Assembly (NCBI GenBank): GCA_963798085.1
Contig: CAWCRS010000005.1
Span: 256,001-320,000, forward strand
Reading direction: 5' to 3'
Length of the DNA: 64,000 bases
DNA from: an uncultured Gemmatimonadales bacterium
Lineage (GTDB): Bacteria; Gemmatimonadota; Gemmatimonadetes; Longimicrobiales; RSA9
In this document: positions 29,644-40,264 of the stretch, one piece after another
Layout: every line of letters starts with the position of its first letter
Position numbering within the stretch: the first letter of the stretch is position 1
Translations under genes and position numbers: made by a program
Notes under the pieces: model-generated
What the model saw: only the letters and a program-made list of their open reading frames with translations
What the model was told of the DNA's origin: nothing
The model's database searches: none

Positions 29644-32322
29644 ATGAACAACCGCCTGTCTGCGGGCGATTCCGCTGCCGACATTCCCGCGGACCTGCTC
29701 ATCGACAACAGCCCCGATGCCATCATCGCGGCTACGCTCGACGGCTCCATCCTTACGTGGAACCCGGGCGCCGAGCGTATCTTCGGATTCTCCGCCCGGG
29801 AAGCCATCGGCCACCCCCTCATCAATCTGCTCTATCCCGCCGACCAGGCCGTGGCCAGCCGGCACTGGCTGGAATCCGCGGTGCAGACCGGCGCCGCCAT
29901 CTACGAAACCATCTGTTTGCGCAAGGATGGCACGCCCGTCTACATCGATACCTCGATCCGCCTCATCGCCACTGACACCGGCCGGCAGAAATTCCTGGGC
30001 ATTGCCAAGAAAGATGTCACCGAGCTGAAATACCGGCGTGCTTCGGCCATCGTGCAGGGCCGCTTCGGCGCCCTCGTCGAGGCCGCGCCGGATGCCATGA
30101 TCATGATGGATCGCAGCGGTCGCATTGCACTGGTCAACGCGCAGGTCGAGAAACTGTTCGGTTACGGCCGCAACGAGCTGCTGGGCAAACCGGTCGAATT
30201 GCTGGTGCCCGAGCGCTTCCGCCCGCGACACCCGGGTCACCGTGCGAGCTATTTCACGCAACCGCGTACCCGCGCCATGGGCAGCGGCCTCGAGCTGTTT
30301 GCCGTGCGCCGCGACGGCACCGAATTCCCCGTCGAGATCAGTCTCAGCCCGGTCGACACCGAAGAGGGACCGCTGGTGACGGCCGCCATTCGTGACATCT
30401 CGGACCGCAGGCGAGTCGAAGCCAAGTTCCGCGGTCTGCTCGAGGCCGCGCCCGACGCCATGGTCATCGTCGATCGCACCGGCCACATCGCGCTGGTCAA
30501 CGCGCAGACCGAAAAGCTCTTCGGTTACCAGCGCGATGAGCTGCTCGGCAAGCGCGTGGAATTGCTGGTGCCGGAGCGGTTCCAGAGCAAGCACCCCGAT
30601 CACCGCACAAGCTACTTCGGGTCGCCCCGACCGCGCGCCATGGGCTCGGGCCTCGAGTTGTACGCGCGACGCAGGGACGGCAGCGAGTTTCCCGTCGAGA
30701 TCAGCCTCAGCCCGCTGGAAACCGAAGACGGCGTCCTCGTCACCGCCGCCATCCGCGACATCACGGAGCAGAAGAAGCTCGATCGTCAGCTGCGCCGGAA
30801 GAACGAGGAGCTGGAGGAGCAGAACCGCCGTGTTCAGGAGGCCAATCGACTGAAGAGCGAGTTCCTCGCCAACATGTCGCACGAGCTGCGTACACCGCTC
30901 AACGGCATCATCGGCTTCTCCGAGCTGATGTTCGATGGCAAGGTGGGCGACGTCTCGGCGGACCAGAAGGAGTTTCTGGGCGATATCCTGACCAGCGCCC
31001 GCCACCTGCTGCAGCTCATCAACGATGTGCTCGACCTGTCCAAGGTCGAATCCGGGCGCATGGAATTCCATCCCGAGCCCGTGCTCGCGGAAAACATTGT
31101 GGGCGAAGTGCTCGACATCGTGCGCACGCTGGCGGCGCAGAAACGCATCCAGGTGCGCGCCGAAGTCGATCCCGGCGTGCAGCAGCTGGAGCTCGATCCC
31201 GGCCGCCTGAAGCAGGTGCTCTACAACTATGTCTCCAATGCGCTGAAATTCACGCCGGATAACGGTCGTGTTACCGTGCGCCTGCTGCCGGACAGCGAGG
31301 ACGATTTCCGCATCGAGGTGGAGGACACGGGCATCGGCATCCGCGCGGAGGACATGTCGCAGCTCTTCATCGAGTTCCGCCAGCTCGATGCCAGCAGCGC
31401 CAAGAAATACGCGGGCACCGGACTGGGACTGGCGCTCACGCGCCGCATTGTCGAGGCGCAGGGCGGTCGCGTCGAGGTGCACAGCACATTCGGCCAGGGC
31501 AGCACGTTCATGGCCCGGCTGCCCCGGCGCAGCGCAGCGCCCCTCGTGACCGCGCCAGGCGGACCTGTGGTGGGCGAGGGCGAGGGCCAGATCCTGGTGA
31601 TCGAGGATGATGCCAATGATCGCCGCTGGCTGGTCGACGCGCTGACCGGGGCCGGGTTCCGCGTGGAAGCCGTGGCCACCGGCGCCGCCGCGGTCAAGCG
31701 CGCGCTGGATCACCAGTATGCCGCAATTACCCTGGATCTGCTGCTGCCCGACCTGAACGGTGCGCAAGTGCTCGCTGAGCTGCGCAAGGGCCCCAACGCC
31801 GCCACGCCGGTGATCGTCGTGACGGTGGTGGCGGAGGCCGGCATGATCTCCGGCGTCAAGGTGAGCGATATCCTGCCCAAGCCGGTCGAGGATGCGGCCC
31901 TCATTCACGCAGTCAGGCAGGCGACCGGCACGGACGAACGGCCGGTCCTGCTCATCGATGACGATCCCGGCGCACTCCGCCTGGGCGCCGAAATCCTGCG
32001 ACTCAATGGCTATCAGGCTGTTACGGAGGGCGATGGCCAATCCGCGCTGCGTGCACTGCATCGCGTGCATCCCGCGGCCGTCATCCTCGATCTGCTCATG
32101 CCCGGCATGTCCGGTACCGAATTCCTGCACGAATTACGCAAGGACCCGAGCCACCGCCACACGCCTGTCATCGTGTGGACGGCCAAGGACCTGACCTCGG
32201 CCGAGCGCGCCGCACTCCGGCGCAGCGCGCAGGCCGTGATTCCCAAGGCGCAAGGCACCGGGGCGCTGGTGGACGAGCTGCTCGCACACGCGGGTGTGCG
32301 TTCCCCGGAGGCGGACCCTTGA
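29644..32322 (+). CDS. Cytoplasmic hybrid histidine kinase PAS-PAS-PAS-HisKA-HATPase-REC-REC
   Basis: [31 protein letters not shown]; two receiver domains with conserved Asp; no TM segment. Confidence 0.93.
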   Translation: MNNRLSAGDSAADIPADLLIDNSPDAIIAATLDGSILTWNPGAERIFGFSAREAIGHPLINLLYPADQAVASRHWLESAVQTGAAIYETICLRKDGTPVYIDTSIRLIATDTGRQKFLGIAKKDVTELKYRRASAIVQGRFGALVEAAPDAMIMMDRSGRIALVNAQVEKLFGYGRNELLGKPVELLVPERFRPRHPGHRASYFTQPRTRAMGSGLELFAVRRDGTEFPVEISLSPVDTEEGPLVTAAIRDISDRRRVEAKFRGLLEAAPDAMVIVDRTGHIALVNAQTEKLFGYQRDELLGKRVELLVPERFQSKHPDHRTSYFGSPRPRAMGSGLELYARRRDGSEFPVEISLSPLETEDGVLVTAAIRDITEQKKLDRQLRRKNEELEEQNRRVQEANRLKSEFLANMSHELRTPLNGIIGFSELMFDGKVGDVSADQKEFLGDILTSARHLLQLINDVLDLSKVESGRMEFHPEPVLAENIVGEVLDIVRTLAAQKRIQVRAEVDPGVQQLELDPGRLKQVLYNYVSNALKFTPDNGRVTVRLLPDSEDDFRIEVEDTGIGIRAEDMSQLFIEFRQLDASSAKKYAGTGLGLALTRRIVEAQGGRVEVHSTFGQGSTFMARLPRRSAAPLVTAPGGPVVGEGEGQILVIEDDANDRRWLVDALTGAGFRVEAVATGAAAVKRALDHQYAAITLDLLLPDLNGAQVLAELRKGPNAATPVIVVTVVAEAGMISGVKVSDILPKPVEDAALIHAVRQATGTDERPVLLIDDDPGALRLGAEILRLNGYQAVTEGDGQSALRALHRVHPAAVILDLLMPGMSGTEFLHELRKDPSHRHTPVIVWTAKDLTSAERAALRRSAQAVIPKAQGTGALVDELLAHAGVRSPEADP
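30061..30786 (+). repeat. Intragenic tandem duplication of a PAS domain (period 363 bp)
   Basis: EAAPDAM...[28 protein letters not shown]...RAMGSGLEL...[26 protein letters not shown] occurs twice, with clear DNA-level similarity (copies start at 30061 and 30424). Confidence 0.9.
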
Positions 32323-32702
32323 CGTTCGCGGGTGTTCCACTCCTCGTGGTGGACGACAACGCCACAAACCTCAAGCTCGTGCGCGTGCTGCTCTCGGGCG
32401 AGGGATACTACGTGCGCACGGCGACCGATGCCGAGGAGGCGATCACCGTGCTCGCCGAATTCCACCCGCGCATGATCCTGATGGACGTGCAGCTGCCGGG
32501 CATGGATGGCCTGGAACTCACACGCCGCCTGAAAAACGACCCGCACACCGCCGACATCACCATTGTCTGTGTCACCGCCTACGCCATGAAAGGCGATGAG
32601 GATCGCATCCTTGCCGCCGGCTGCGACGGGTACATCGCCAAACCCATCGACACGCGCGCACTGCCGCGCCTGCTCGCGAGTTATCTCGGAGCCCGGGCAT
32701 GA
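32319..32702 (+). CDS. Single-domain response regulator (DivK/CheY-like)
   Basis: [41 protein letters not shown] start overlaps the kinase stop. Confidence 0.9.
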   Translation: MTFAGVPLLVVDDNATNLKLVRVLLSGEGYYVRTATDAEEAITVLAEFHPRMILMDVQLPGMDGLELTRRLKNDPHTADITIVCVTAYAMKGDEDRILAAGCDGYIAKPIDTRALPRLLASYLGARA

Positions 32703-34474
32703 AGCCCCCGGGCAACGTCATCCTCGTCGTCGAGGACAACCCCATCACGCGCAAGATGGTGCGCGTGGCGCTGTCCACCGAGGACTATCACACTCTGGAA
32801 GCCGGCGATGGCAGGACGGCGCTGGAAGTCGTCCGGCGCGCCGATCCCCGACCCGACCTGATACTGCTGGACCTGATCCTGCCCGACGTGAACGGCTTCG
32901 ATCTGCTGCGCACTCTGCGTCAGGATGCCGACATGCTCGACATCCCGATCATTGCTTTCAGCGGATTGCTCTCTGCCTCGGAAGAAGCGCAGGTCGTTAC
33001 CGCCGGATTCGATGGTCTGTTGATCAAGCCCGTCGAGCCGTCCCGCATGCTCGGCGCGGTGCGTGGCTTCCTTGCCCCTCGCGCGCACCAGACTGCGCGC
33101 GAGGCTGATGCGCCGGCCGGCCACGTGCTCGTCGTCGATGATGACCGCATCCAGCTCAAGCTGGCACGCGCCATTCTCGGGCAACACCATTTCAGCGTCG
33201 AAACTGCCGGCAGTGCCGCCGAGGCCCTGGCCAGGGCGCGCAGCCGGCTGCCCGCCGCCATCCTCTGCGACGTGCTCATGCCCGGCATGGATGGCTTTCA
33301 GCTCTGTGCTGCGGCGCGCGCCGACGCCCGCCTGAGCCAGGTACCCGTTGTGCTGGTAACATCGCATTACGTGGAGTCGGCGGACCGGCAGCTGGCGCGC
33401 GAGGCGGGCGCGTTCGATCTGGTGGTGCGCACGCCCGGTTTCGAGGGGGCGGTGCAGGCACTCGACCAGGCGCTGGCCCAGGGGGCCTCGCCGGCGCCGT
33501 CGCCCATCCCCGCGCTCGACAGCATGCAGCGCGACTACCTGGCGCGCGTCGCCGCCCAGCTGGACCGCCAGCTGCTTCTCAACAGAGGGTTAGCACACCG
33601 CACGTCGCTGCTGGGCGCGTCCCTCTCCGTGCTCGGCAGCATCGCCGGCACGCTCGGTCGTCGCGCCGACGTGCAGACCGCCATGCAGGAAGTCATTGCG
33701 CAGTGCGTCGATGCGGGCGGACTGTCGCGCGGCGCCATTTATCTGCGCAACGCGAGTGGCGCGTGGCGCTGCGCCGCAGAAGTCGGCTTCGGTGAGCCCG
33801 ACCACGGCGCTCTCGACGCGCTCTACGGCTTCCGCGGACTGCTCGAGCTGACCCGGGGCCGTACCACGCCGCTCGTCATTCCCGTGGATGATGCGCCCGG
33901 CCTGCGGGCGGAGGAATTCCTCGCGCGCATCGGTGCGTCTACAGCCGTGTTCGCGCCCCTGCCCGAGCCGTCACCGCAGCCCGGTGCACTGCTGCTGGTG
34001 ACCGCCGATCGGGAGCTGGCCAGCGACGAGTGGCGCGGCTTCGCGCAGAGCGTGGCTGCACAGATTGCGCAGGCGCTCGGCCTCAGCTTCGCGCTGGCCT
34101 CCGCCCGCGCCTCGGAGGACCGTTACCGCGCCGAAGGCGAACTGCTGCGCGCGGCACTCGATGCCGCGGAGCGGGGCGTATTGCTGGTGGATACCAACGG
34201 CACCGTGGTGGTCGCCAGCGCGCCCGCGGCCCGCCTGTTCGGCAGCAGCCGTGATGAACTCGAGGGTCAGCACATTGACCGACTCCTGCCCGACTGGCCC
34301 GAGCTGAGTACGCGCGCGCTCAACCTGGCGCCGCCAGCCGCCGGCCGCCCCGCATCGCAACCCCTGCGCGGGCGCCATCGTAACGGCAGCGAATTGCGCC
34401 TGGAGGCCAGCCTCACCCACCGCCCCGACCCGGATCCCGCCTGGCTCATCACCGGGCTGCACCCGGCGCTCTGA
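32699..34474 (+). CDS. REC-REC-GAF-like-PAS signalling protein with no output domain
   Basis: Two receiver domains (VVEDN..LLDL..KP; VVDDD..LCDV), a GAF-like middle and a C-terminal PAS ending at the stop. Confidence 0.8.
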   Translation: MKPPGNVILVVEDNPITRKMVRVALSTEDYHTLEAGDGRTALEVVRRADPRPDLILLDLILPDVNGFDLLRTLRQDADMLDIPIIAFSGLLSASEEAQVVTAGFDGLLIKPVEPSRMLGAVRGFLAPRAHQTAREADAPAGHVLVVDDDRIQLKLARAILGQHHFSVETAGSAAEALARARSRLPAAILCDVLMPGMDGFQLCAAARADARLSQVPVVLVTSHYVESADRQLAREAGAFDLVVRTPGFEGAVQALDQALAQGASPAPSPIPALDSMQRDYLARVAAQLDRQLLLNRGLAHRTSLLGASLSVLGSIAGTLGRRADVQTAMQEVIAQCVDAGGLSRGAIYLRNASGAWRCAAEVGFGEPDHGALDALYGFRGLLELTRGRTTPLVIPVDDAPGLRAEEFLARIGASTAVFAPLPEPSPQPGALLLVTADRELASDEWRGFAQSVAAQIAQALGLSFALASARASEDRYRAEGELLRAALDAAERGVLLVDTNGTVVVASAPAARLFGSSRDELEGQHIDRLLPDWPELSTRALNLAPPAAGRPASQPLRGRHRNGSELRLEASLTHRPDPDPAWLITGLHPAL

Positions 34475-34477
34475 CCC

Positions 34478-35866
34478 TCACCCGATGCGGTTCACACCGT
34501 CCAGCGCCGCGATCTTGTAGCACTCGGCCAGCGTGGGATAATTGAACACGGTGTTAACGAAGTGGTGGATGGTGCCACCGAACGCCATCACGCTCTGCCC
34601 GATGTGCACCAGCTCGCTGGCGCCCTCACCGATGATGTGCACGCCCAGAATGATGCGCGATTCCAGATGGAACACCAGCTTCAGCAGCCCCGTCTCGTCC
34701 CCCAGGATCTGACCGCGCGCCACCTCGCGGTATGAGGCCTTGCCGATCTCGTAGGGCACGCCTGCCTTCGTGAGCTCCTCCTCCGTCTTCCCCACCATCG
34801 AGATCTCCGGAACGCTGTAGATGCCGTAGGGAATGAGGTCAGGCATGCTGTCCGCCTGGACGCCGAAGGCATGACACGCCGCCAGCCGGCCCTGCTCCAT
34901 CGATGACGAAGCCAGGCTGGGGAAGCCGATGACGTCGCCGGCCGCGTAGATGTGCTCGACCTGCGTCTGGTAATACTGATTCACGACCAGCCGCCCGCGC
35001 TCATCCGGCGCCAGACCGGCAGCCTGCAGATTGAGCGTGTCCGTTGCACCCGTGCGGCCGATGCTGTACAACGCTTTCTCCGTGCGGATCTGCTTGCCGC
35101 TGGCCAGCTGGATCTGCACGCCGTCCGCTTCCGACTGGATCGCCGTCACCTCCTCGCCCAGCCGCAGCGTGGCGCGCTGCTCGCGCAGATGGTAGGCCAG
35201 CGCCTCGGTGACCTCGGCATCCACGAAGGGTAATAACCTGTTACGCTTGTCCACGAGCGTGACACGCACGCCCAGGGCCGCGAAAATGCTGGCATACTCC
35301 AACCCGATGACCCCGGCGCCCACCACTGTCATGGTGCGCGGAATCTCGTTCAGCTTGAGCACCTCGTCGCTGGTGATGACGTTCTTGCCGTCGAACGGGA
35401 TGTGCGCATCCTGCGTGGCGTTGGTGCCCACCGCAATGACGATGGCCCCCGCGGTGAAATCGCGCGTTCCGCCGGCGACCAGCACCACCCGGATCGTGTG
35501 CGCATCGATGAAGCTCGCCTCACCGGTGATCACGTCCACGCGGTTGCGCAGCAACTGATGCCGGATCACGTCCACCTCCGTGCGCATCACGTGATCCGTG
35601 CGGAACAGCAGATCCTCCATCGTGATGCGCGACTTCACCGTATACGACTCGCCGTACACGTTGTGCAGGCGGTAGCCGGACAGATAGATGGCCGCCTCCC
35701 GCAGCGTCTTGCTGGGAATGGTGCCCGTGTTGATGCACACGCCGCCCAGCACCGCTTTCTTTTCGATCACGGCCACACGCCGGTCCAGCTTGGCCGCCTG
35801 AATGGCCGCCTTCTGCCCGGCCGGCCCGGAGCCGATCACGATGAGATCGAAATCCCAGGAGTCCAT
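34478..35866 (-). CDS. sthA: Soluble pyridine nucleotide transhydrogenase
   Basis: GSGPAGQKAAIQAAK, GGVCINTGTIPSKTLRE (single Cys), SMEQGR, FNYPTLAECYK. Confidence 0.9.
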   Translation of the reverse strand: MDSWDFDLIVIGSGPAGQKAAIQAAKLDRRVAVIEKKAVLGGVCINTGTIPSKTLREAAIYLSGYRLHNVYGESYTVKSRITMEDLLFRTDHVMRTEVDVIRHQLLRNRVDVITGEASFIDAHTIRVVLVAGGTRDFTAGAIVIAVGTNATQDAHIPFDGKNVITSDEVLKLNEIPRTMTVVGAGVIGLEYASIFAALGVRVTLVDKRNRLLPFVDAEVTEALAYHLREQRATLRLGEEVTAIQSEADGVQIQLASGKQIRTEKALYSIGRTGATDTLNLQAAGLAPDERGRLVVNQYYQTQVEHIYAAGDVIGFPSLASSSMEQGRLAACHAFGVQADSMPDLIPYGIYSVPEISMVGKTEEELTKAGVPYEIGKASYREVARGQILGDETGLLKLVFHLESRIILGVHIIGEGASELVHIGQSVMAFGGTIHHFVNTVFNYPTLAECYKIAALDGVNRIG

Positions 35867-36185
35867 GCCTGCCCATTCGTAGCTGGTGGGAATGACTTCG
35901 CGCGGCGCTCAATCTAGAGTCGGGCGCGGCCCCTGCAAACGCGCGCCGCGCACCGGGCCAGCCTCCTCCACCATCGCCCGGGGCGACGAGGACCCCTGCC
36001 TGCCCGCCTGTGTGCACCAGCCCTGCCTTGCCGTAACCTCCCCGTCTTCCGCCTCAGACCGCGCCACCTCGCGCCGATACTGAAGGACAACTGCGAGGGC
36101 GGGCGTCGCCGAGGCACGCCGCGTCGTTTGCGCGACGCACGCTCGCGCCGGAATCGCGCGTCCGCGCTTCACCCGACGGAGAACG

Positions 36186-37334
36186 ATGATGGAAGCGGCT
36201 CGCACGTCGTTCGACGTGCACAGCGGCCGGCGCATCCTGATCGTCGAGGATCACGAGCCGACGCTCGATCTGCTGCAGTCGCTGCTGCGCCATGGCATGC
36301 GCGGCGATGTGCGTGCAACGAGCGATCCGCGCAACGTGGTGGCGCTGTACCGCGAATTCGAGCCCGATCTGCTGCTCGTCGACCTGGAAATGCCCGGACT
36401 CGACGGGGCGCTGCTGCTGCGCCAGCTGAGTGCGCGTGCCACACCCGGCGAATTCCGGCCCATCGTCGTGTTCTCGGGAGACGCATCGCCCACGGCGAGG
36501 CGCAATGCGTTTGCGCTGGGCGCGTGCGATTTCATTGCCAAGCCCATTCTCGCACCGGAAATCACGGTGCGCCTCGAACATCTGCTGCGCCTGCGCGAGC
36601 TGACGACCGGCATCGAGGAAGAAGTGCAGGAGCGCTTGCGTGAACTGCGCGATGCCGAACTCGATGTCGCCAGCCGGCTCGCGCTCGTGGCCGAGTGTCG
36701 CGACTACCCGGATGGCGCGCACGTGCAGCGCGTGGGTCAGCTCGCGGCGCTGATCGCGCGCGAGCTGCAGCAGCCGGACGATTTCGTGACGCTCATCCGT
36801 TTCGCCGCGCCGCTGCACGACCTCGGCAAGGTCGCCATTCCCGATACGCTCCTGCTGAAACCTGGCGCGCTGACCGAGGACGAGCAGAAGCTGATGCGCC
36901 TGCATACGTCAGCCGGTGCGCAGATGCTGACCGGCAGTCCGTCACCCATACTGCAGCTCGCGGAAGAGATCGCGCTCTACCATCACGAGAACTGGGATGG
37001 CAGCGGCTACAACGCCGGCCTCGCCGGCGAGGAAATTCCACTCGCGGGACGCATTGTCGCGGTGGCGGATGTGTTCGACACGCTGACGCACCCGCGGCCC
37101 TACAAGCATCCCTGGCCGCTCGATGAGGCGATCACGTGGATGGAATCGATGCGCGGCCGCAAGTTCGACCCCGCCGCGCTCGATTCCCTGCTCGGTATTC
37201 TCGGTGACACGCGCACGCAGATTGGCGAGGATGCAGTGGCAGGCGCCGCGGTGATCATCCTGCCGCCGCGCGCCGGAGGCGGCGGTCTGTCCAGCAGTGG
37301 CTGGCCCTGGCCGGTGGACGGGCACAAAGCCTGA
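36186..37334 (+). CDS. Response regulator with HD-GYP domain (RpfG-like)
   Basis: N-terminal REC; H..RV, LHDLGK, HHENWDGSGY, ADVFD.L. Confidence 0.88.
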   Translation: MMEAARTSFDVHSGRRILIVEDHEPTLDLLQSLLRHGMRGDVRATSDPRNVVALYREFEPDLLLVDLEMPGLDGALLLRQLSARATPGEFRPIVVFSGDASPTARRNAFALGACDFIAKPILAPEITVRLEHLLRLRELTTGIEEEVQERLRELRDAELDVASRLALVAECRDYPDGAHVQRVGQLAALIARELQQPDDFVTLIRFAAPLHDLGKVAIPDTLLLKPGALTEDEQKLMRLHTSAGAQMLTGSPSPILQLAEEIALYHHENWDGSGYNAGLAGEEIPLAGRIVAVADVFDTLTHPRPYKHPWPLDEAITWMESMRGRKFDPAALDSLLGILGDTRTQIGEDAVAGAAVIILPPRAGGGGLSSSGWPWPVDGHKA

Positions 37335-37376
37335 CACAGGACAGGCGACGATGTTCTGTCGCCCTTTACTTCGTTT

Positions 37377-38303
37377 TCAGATGGCTTCCCGCTCCAGCCG
37401 CGCGCGCAACGCGCCGACCGCCGGCTGCGCATTCCACCAGCGCTTCGACAGTTCGACATCCACGCGCAGATCGTGATCCAGCGGCAGCTCCATGCCAATG
37501 GTTCCGGTGCGCGGCGCGGTGCGTCGTGTGCGCACGCTGGCCGCTTCGCGCGCCAGGTCATTGTGCTGCGCCACGGCCGCGGAGAGTCGCGCGAAATGGC
37601 TTTCACAGAGTGCGCGCTCCGTGTTCATTTGGATGCGCCACTGTTTCGCGTCACAGGGTGAGGCGGTCAGCGCGAGGAACTCCCCGACGAAGGGGTCGTC
37701 CACCAGCTCATCGATCGCCTCCACGTACGCCGGATCCAGCGCACCGCTGTACGCGATGATGATCTGGTTCAGCAGTGCACAGGCTTCCGCCGCTTCGCGG
37801 GCCGTCCACCGCACCCACGACAGCGCGTCGCTGCCGGGTGTGCCGCGCGTGGCCCACGGATCGCAGTGCGCCAGCTCCTCCGTGTAGTGTGTGGCGAACA
37901 GTTCCGTGAAATCGCGCGGCAGCGTTTCCGGTACGCGCGGCAGGGTTCCCTTGACCAGCTGGCCCCACGCATCCGCCAGGCGCTGCAGCGCGCGACTCGC
38001 TTTGCGCAGCCCGCCGATCGAGCTGCGCAGCCGGTTGGCCCGCTCCTGACGCTCGAGGTACCGCTGCACGAACACGACCACCAGCAGGATGCCCATCGAT
38101 TCGGTGGCCACGTTGGGCGCGAAGCTGTCGACCAGCTCGTTCTGGTGGTAGAGCACTTCGGCCGTGACCGCCAGCACGACGATCGCGATCAGCACGACGT
38201 ATACCGTGCGCAGATAGGCGACGACGCCTCCCTTGGCGTGATCGCCCTGCGGCGCGGCCTGAGGCCGAGGTGGCCTGGGCCGCCGGCGACGGAATATGCG
38301 CAT
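37377..38303 (-). CDS. Hypothetical membrane protein with two N-terminal TM helices
   Basis: Hydrophobic VYVVLIAIVVLAV and GILLVVVFV segments, N.ATE..GI motif; ATG at 38303. Confidence 0.65.
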   Translation of the reverse strand: MRIFRRRRPRPPRPQAAPQGDHAKGGVVAYLRTVYVVLIAIVVLAVTAEVLYHQNELVDSFAPNVATESMGILLVVVFVQRYLERQERANRLRSSIGGLRKASRALQRLADAWGQLVKGTLPRVPETLPRDFTELFATHYTEELAHCDPWATRGTPGSDALSWVRWTAREAAEACALLNQIIIAYSGALDPAYVEAIDELVDDPFVGEFLALTASPCDAKQWRIQMNTERALCESHFARLSAAVAQHNDLAREAASVRTRRTAPRTGTIGMELPLDHDLRVDVELSKRWWNAQPAVGALRARLEREAI

Positions 38304-38635
38304 GTTCGATTCGATCCAGCGGCGCGTTCGCCGATCGAGGTCAGGAGCCGCAATGTACAGATCGACCGGGCCCCGGCGGAAGCACCGGCCGCCCCTCCAT
38401 TCCGTTGACCCGGCCCAGCCCGTACCCAGGCCTGTCGCCGATCTCCCGGGCCTGACGGGCGCCCTGCGCGGGAGGACTGGCGCACCGATCATTCTGCTCG
38501 CGGTGCTCGCGTTCTTTGTCATACATCTTCTCGGTGTAACAGGCGTGCTCGGCGGCCGGACGCTCACCGCGCTCTGCCTTCCTGCCTCTTTCCGCAAGAC
38601 TGCCGGAGCCCGGCACCCAACCTTTCCGCGCCCGC

Positions 38636-38652
38636 CTGTCACTATATGACAG
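38636..38652. promoter_or_regulatory. Palindrome CTGTCA-N5-TGACAG just upstream of the ECF sigma gene
   Basis: Perfect 6-bp arms about 20 nt before ATG 38674; preceded by CAACCTTT, which resembles an ECF -35 element. Confidence 0.4.
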
Positions 38653-38673
38653 AGCCTCGGCGAAAGGACGGCA

Positions 38674-39246
38674 ATGCAGGCGGCTCGCGTCGGAGACGAC
38701 AATGGTGCGCTGATCCGGAGAATTCTCCGGTCCGGTGACGAGCGTGCGTTTCGCACGCTGTACCGCAGGCACTCGAATCGCCTGTTTGCGCTGCTGCGTC
38801 AGCTCACCGGTGGCAGCGTCACCGACGCGGAAGATCTCCTGCAGGAGACCTGGCTGCGAGCCGCCCGCCGGCTGAGGACGCTGTCAGCAGCCGAAGCCTG
38901 CGCCGCATGGCTGCGCAGCATCGCATGCAATGTTGCCCGTGAGTGGCTGCGCAGTCAGCGGCGTCCATGGCTGATCGCGAATGATGCACTCGCGGAATCC
39001 GCACCCGATCGCGCGCCCGCGATCAATGAGAAGCTCGAAGTCGACGCCCTGCTGCATCGCCTGCCTCCCGGTTGTCGCGCCGTGCTCGTGCTCCACGACC
39101 TGCACGGGCACACGCATGAGGAAATCGCCGATCTGCTGGGCATCGCGCCCGGCACGTCGAAGAGTCAGCTGTCCCTGGCCCGTCAGATCCTGCGTCGTCA
39201 CAGCGCAGCAGAAACGGAGGCGAGTGATGCCCCACCCGAAGCATGA
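38674..39246 (+). CDS. ECF RNA polymerase sigma factor
   Basis: GD..AF..LY, AEDLLQETWL, WL..IA.N, LP...R.V.VL....G.TH.EIA..LGI..GTSKSQL. Confidence 0.92.
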   Translation: MQAARVGDDNGALIRRILRSGDERAFRTLYRRHSNRLFALLRQLTGGSVTDAEDLLQETWLRAARRLRTLSAAEACAAWLRSIACNVAREWLRSQRRPWLIANDALAESAPDRAPAINEKLEVDALLHRLPPGCRAVLVLHDLHGHTHEEIADLLGIAPGTSKSQLSLARQILRRHSAAETEASDAPPEA

Positions 39247-39526
39247 CCATGAAGAGCACCCACCGGCAGAGCAGGCGCCCGCGCACCACGTCGAGGAGCG
39301 CATCGTCCATGCGCTGCGTGCGCAGGGCATCCTGCGCACGCCGATGGCGCAGAGAACCGTGCGGCTGCCGCTCGCGCTCGCCGCAAGCATGGCGCTCTTT
39401 CTGACGGGCCTCGCCGCCGGGCGTGCCCTGCACCGCGGCACCACCGCCGCTGTTGCGGCCCTGACCGCAATGCCCGCACCACCTGACACGACCCGCGCCA
39501 CAGTCGTGCGTGTCGTGCGCATGTGA
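39227..39526 (+). CDS. Small membrane protein, putative anti-sigma factor
   Basis: Overlaps the sigma gene end; E.RIV.ALR..G followed by a TM helix (LALAASMALFLTG). Confidence 0.6.
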   Translation: MPHPKHDHEEHPPAEQAPAHHVEERIVHALRAQGILRTPMAQRTVRLPLALAASMALFLTGLAAGRALHRGTTAAVAALTAMPAPPDTTRATVVRVVRM

Positions 39527-39557
39527 AGTCGCAACCGTTCGAACAATGGGGGTGACT

Positions 39558-40187
39558 ATGTCCTCACCACATTTCCCGATCCTGCGAGCACTGTCACTCG
39601 CGCTCATTGCCACGAGTGCAGGGACCACACCGGCGGCGCAGACGGCGCGTGCCGAGCTGGGCCTTGTGTTCGCGTGTTCATACTGCGATGTGTCCACGTC
39701 CGGCGGCCGCCGGGTCATGCAATTTTCCTCGTCGCCGGTGATTCTCTCGGTGGTCGAGGACGGACCTGCTGCTCTGGCCGGCCTGCAGCCCGGCGATACG
39801 CTGACCCACGTGAACGGGCTGCCTCTTGCCTCCCGCGAGGGAGGCGAGACACTGGCTGACCTCCGCGCCGGTGTCACGCTCACCCTCAGCGCGCAGCGCG
39901 CCGGCCGCACGCTGCGCTTCACGGTGACGCCGGCGACGGCGAGCGCGGTCGACCCATCGGGTTTCCAGGCCCTCGCACGTGCGCTCGGTCGCCTGGACGA
40001 GGCGCTCTCGGCAACCGATACCACCCAGACGCTCTTCTCCGGAACACTGGCCGGGGTCGACGTGCGTGTCAGCGGGCGCGACCGTGTCACCGTCACGGTG
40101 GCGGATGGCGATTGTTTTCTGAACATCGTCGCGGGCCGGACACGAATCACGCTGCGCGGCCCATCGGACTGCAGGAAGCAGAAGTAG
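39558..40187 (+). CDS. Secreted PDZ-domain protein
   Basis: Signal peptide; V..DGPA..AGLQPGD.L..VNG PDZ signature; CSYC motif plus two C-terminal Cys. Confidence 0.75.
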   Translation: MSSPHFPILRALSLALIATSAGTTPAAQTARAELGLVFACSYCDVSTSGGRRVMQFSSSPVILSVVEDGPAALAGLQPGDTLTHVNGLPLASREGGETLADLRAGVTLTLSAQRAGRTLRFTVTPATASAVDPSGFQALARALGRLDEALSATDTTQTLFSGTLAGVDVRVSGRDRVTVTVADGDCFLNIVAGRTRITLRGPSDCRKQK

Positions 40188-40264
40188 GCGCTTTCCCGGC
40201 TCGAGGCAGGACGCTCGCGTCGTTGCCCTTGTGCGACGGGCGGCCCCTGCCTCAGGCTTGCATC

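Noticed and set aside
29617..32130. Long antisense and alternate-frame ORFs (e.g. 29617..32130 -, 14889..16886 +, most of 45945..48779 +)
   Set aside because: They are shadows of real genes caused by stop-codon scarcity in high-GC DNA and carry no recognisable motifs. Only the last 118 codons of 45945..48779 are real (PadR).
38296..38649. 117-aa ORF with a hydrophobic stretch
   Set aside because: It overlaps the start of the divergent gene, has no RBS or motif, and runs through the probable promoter region.
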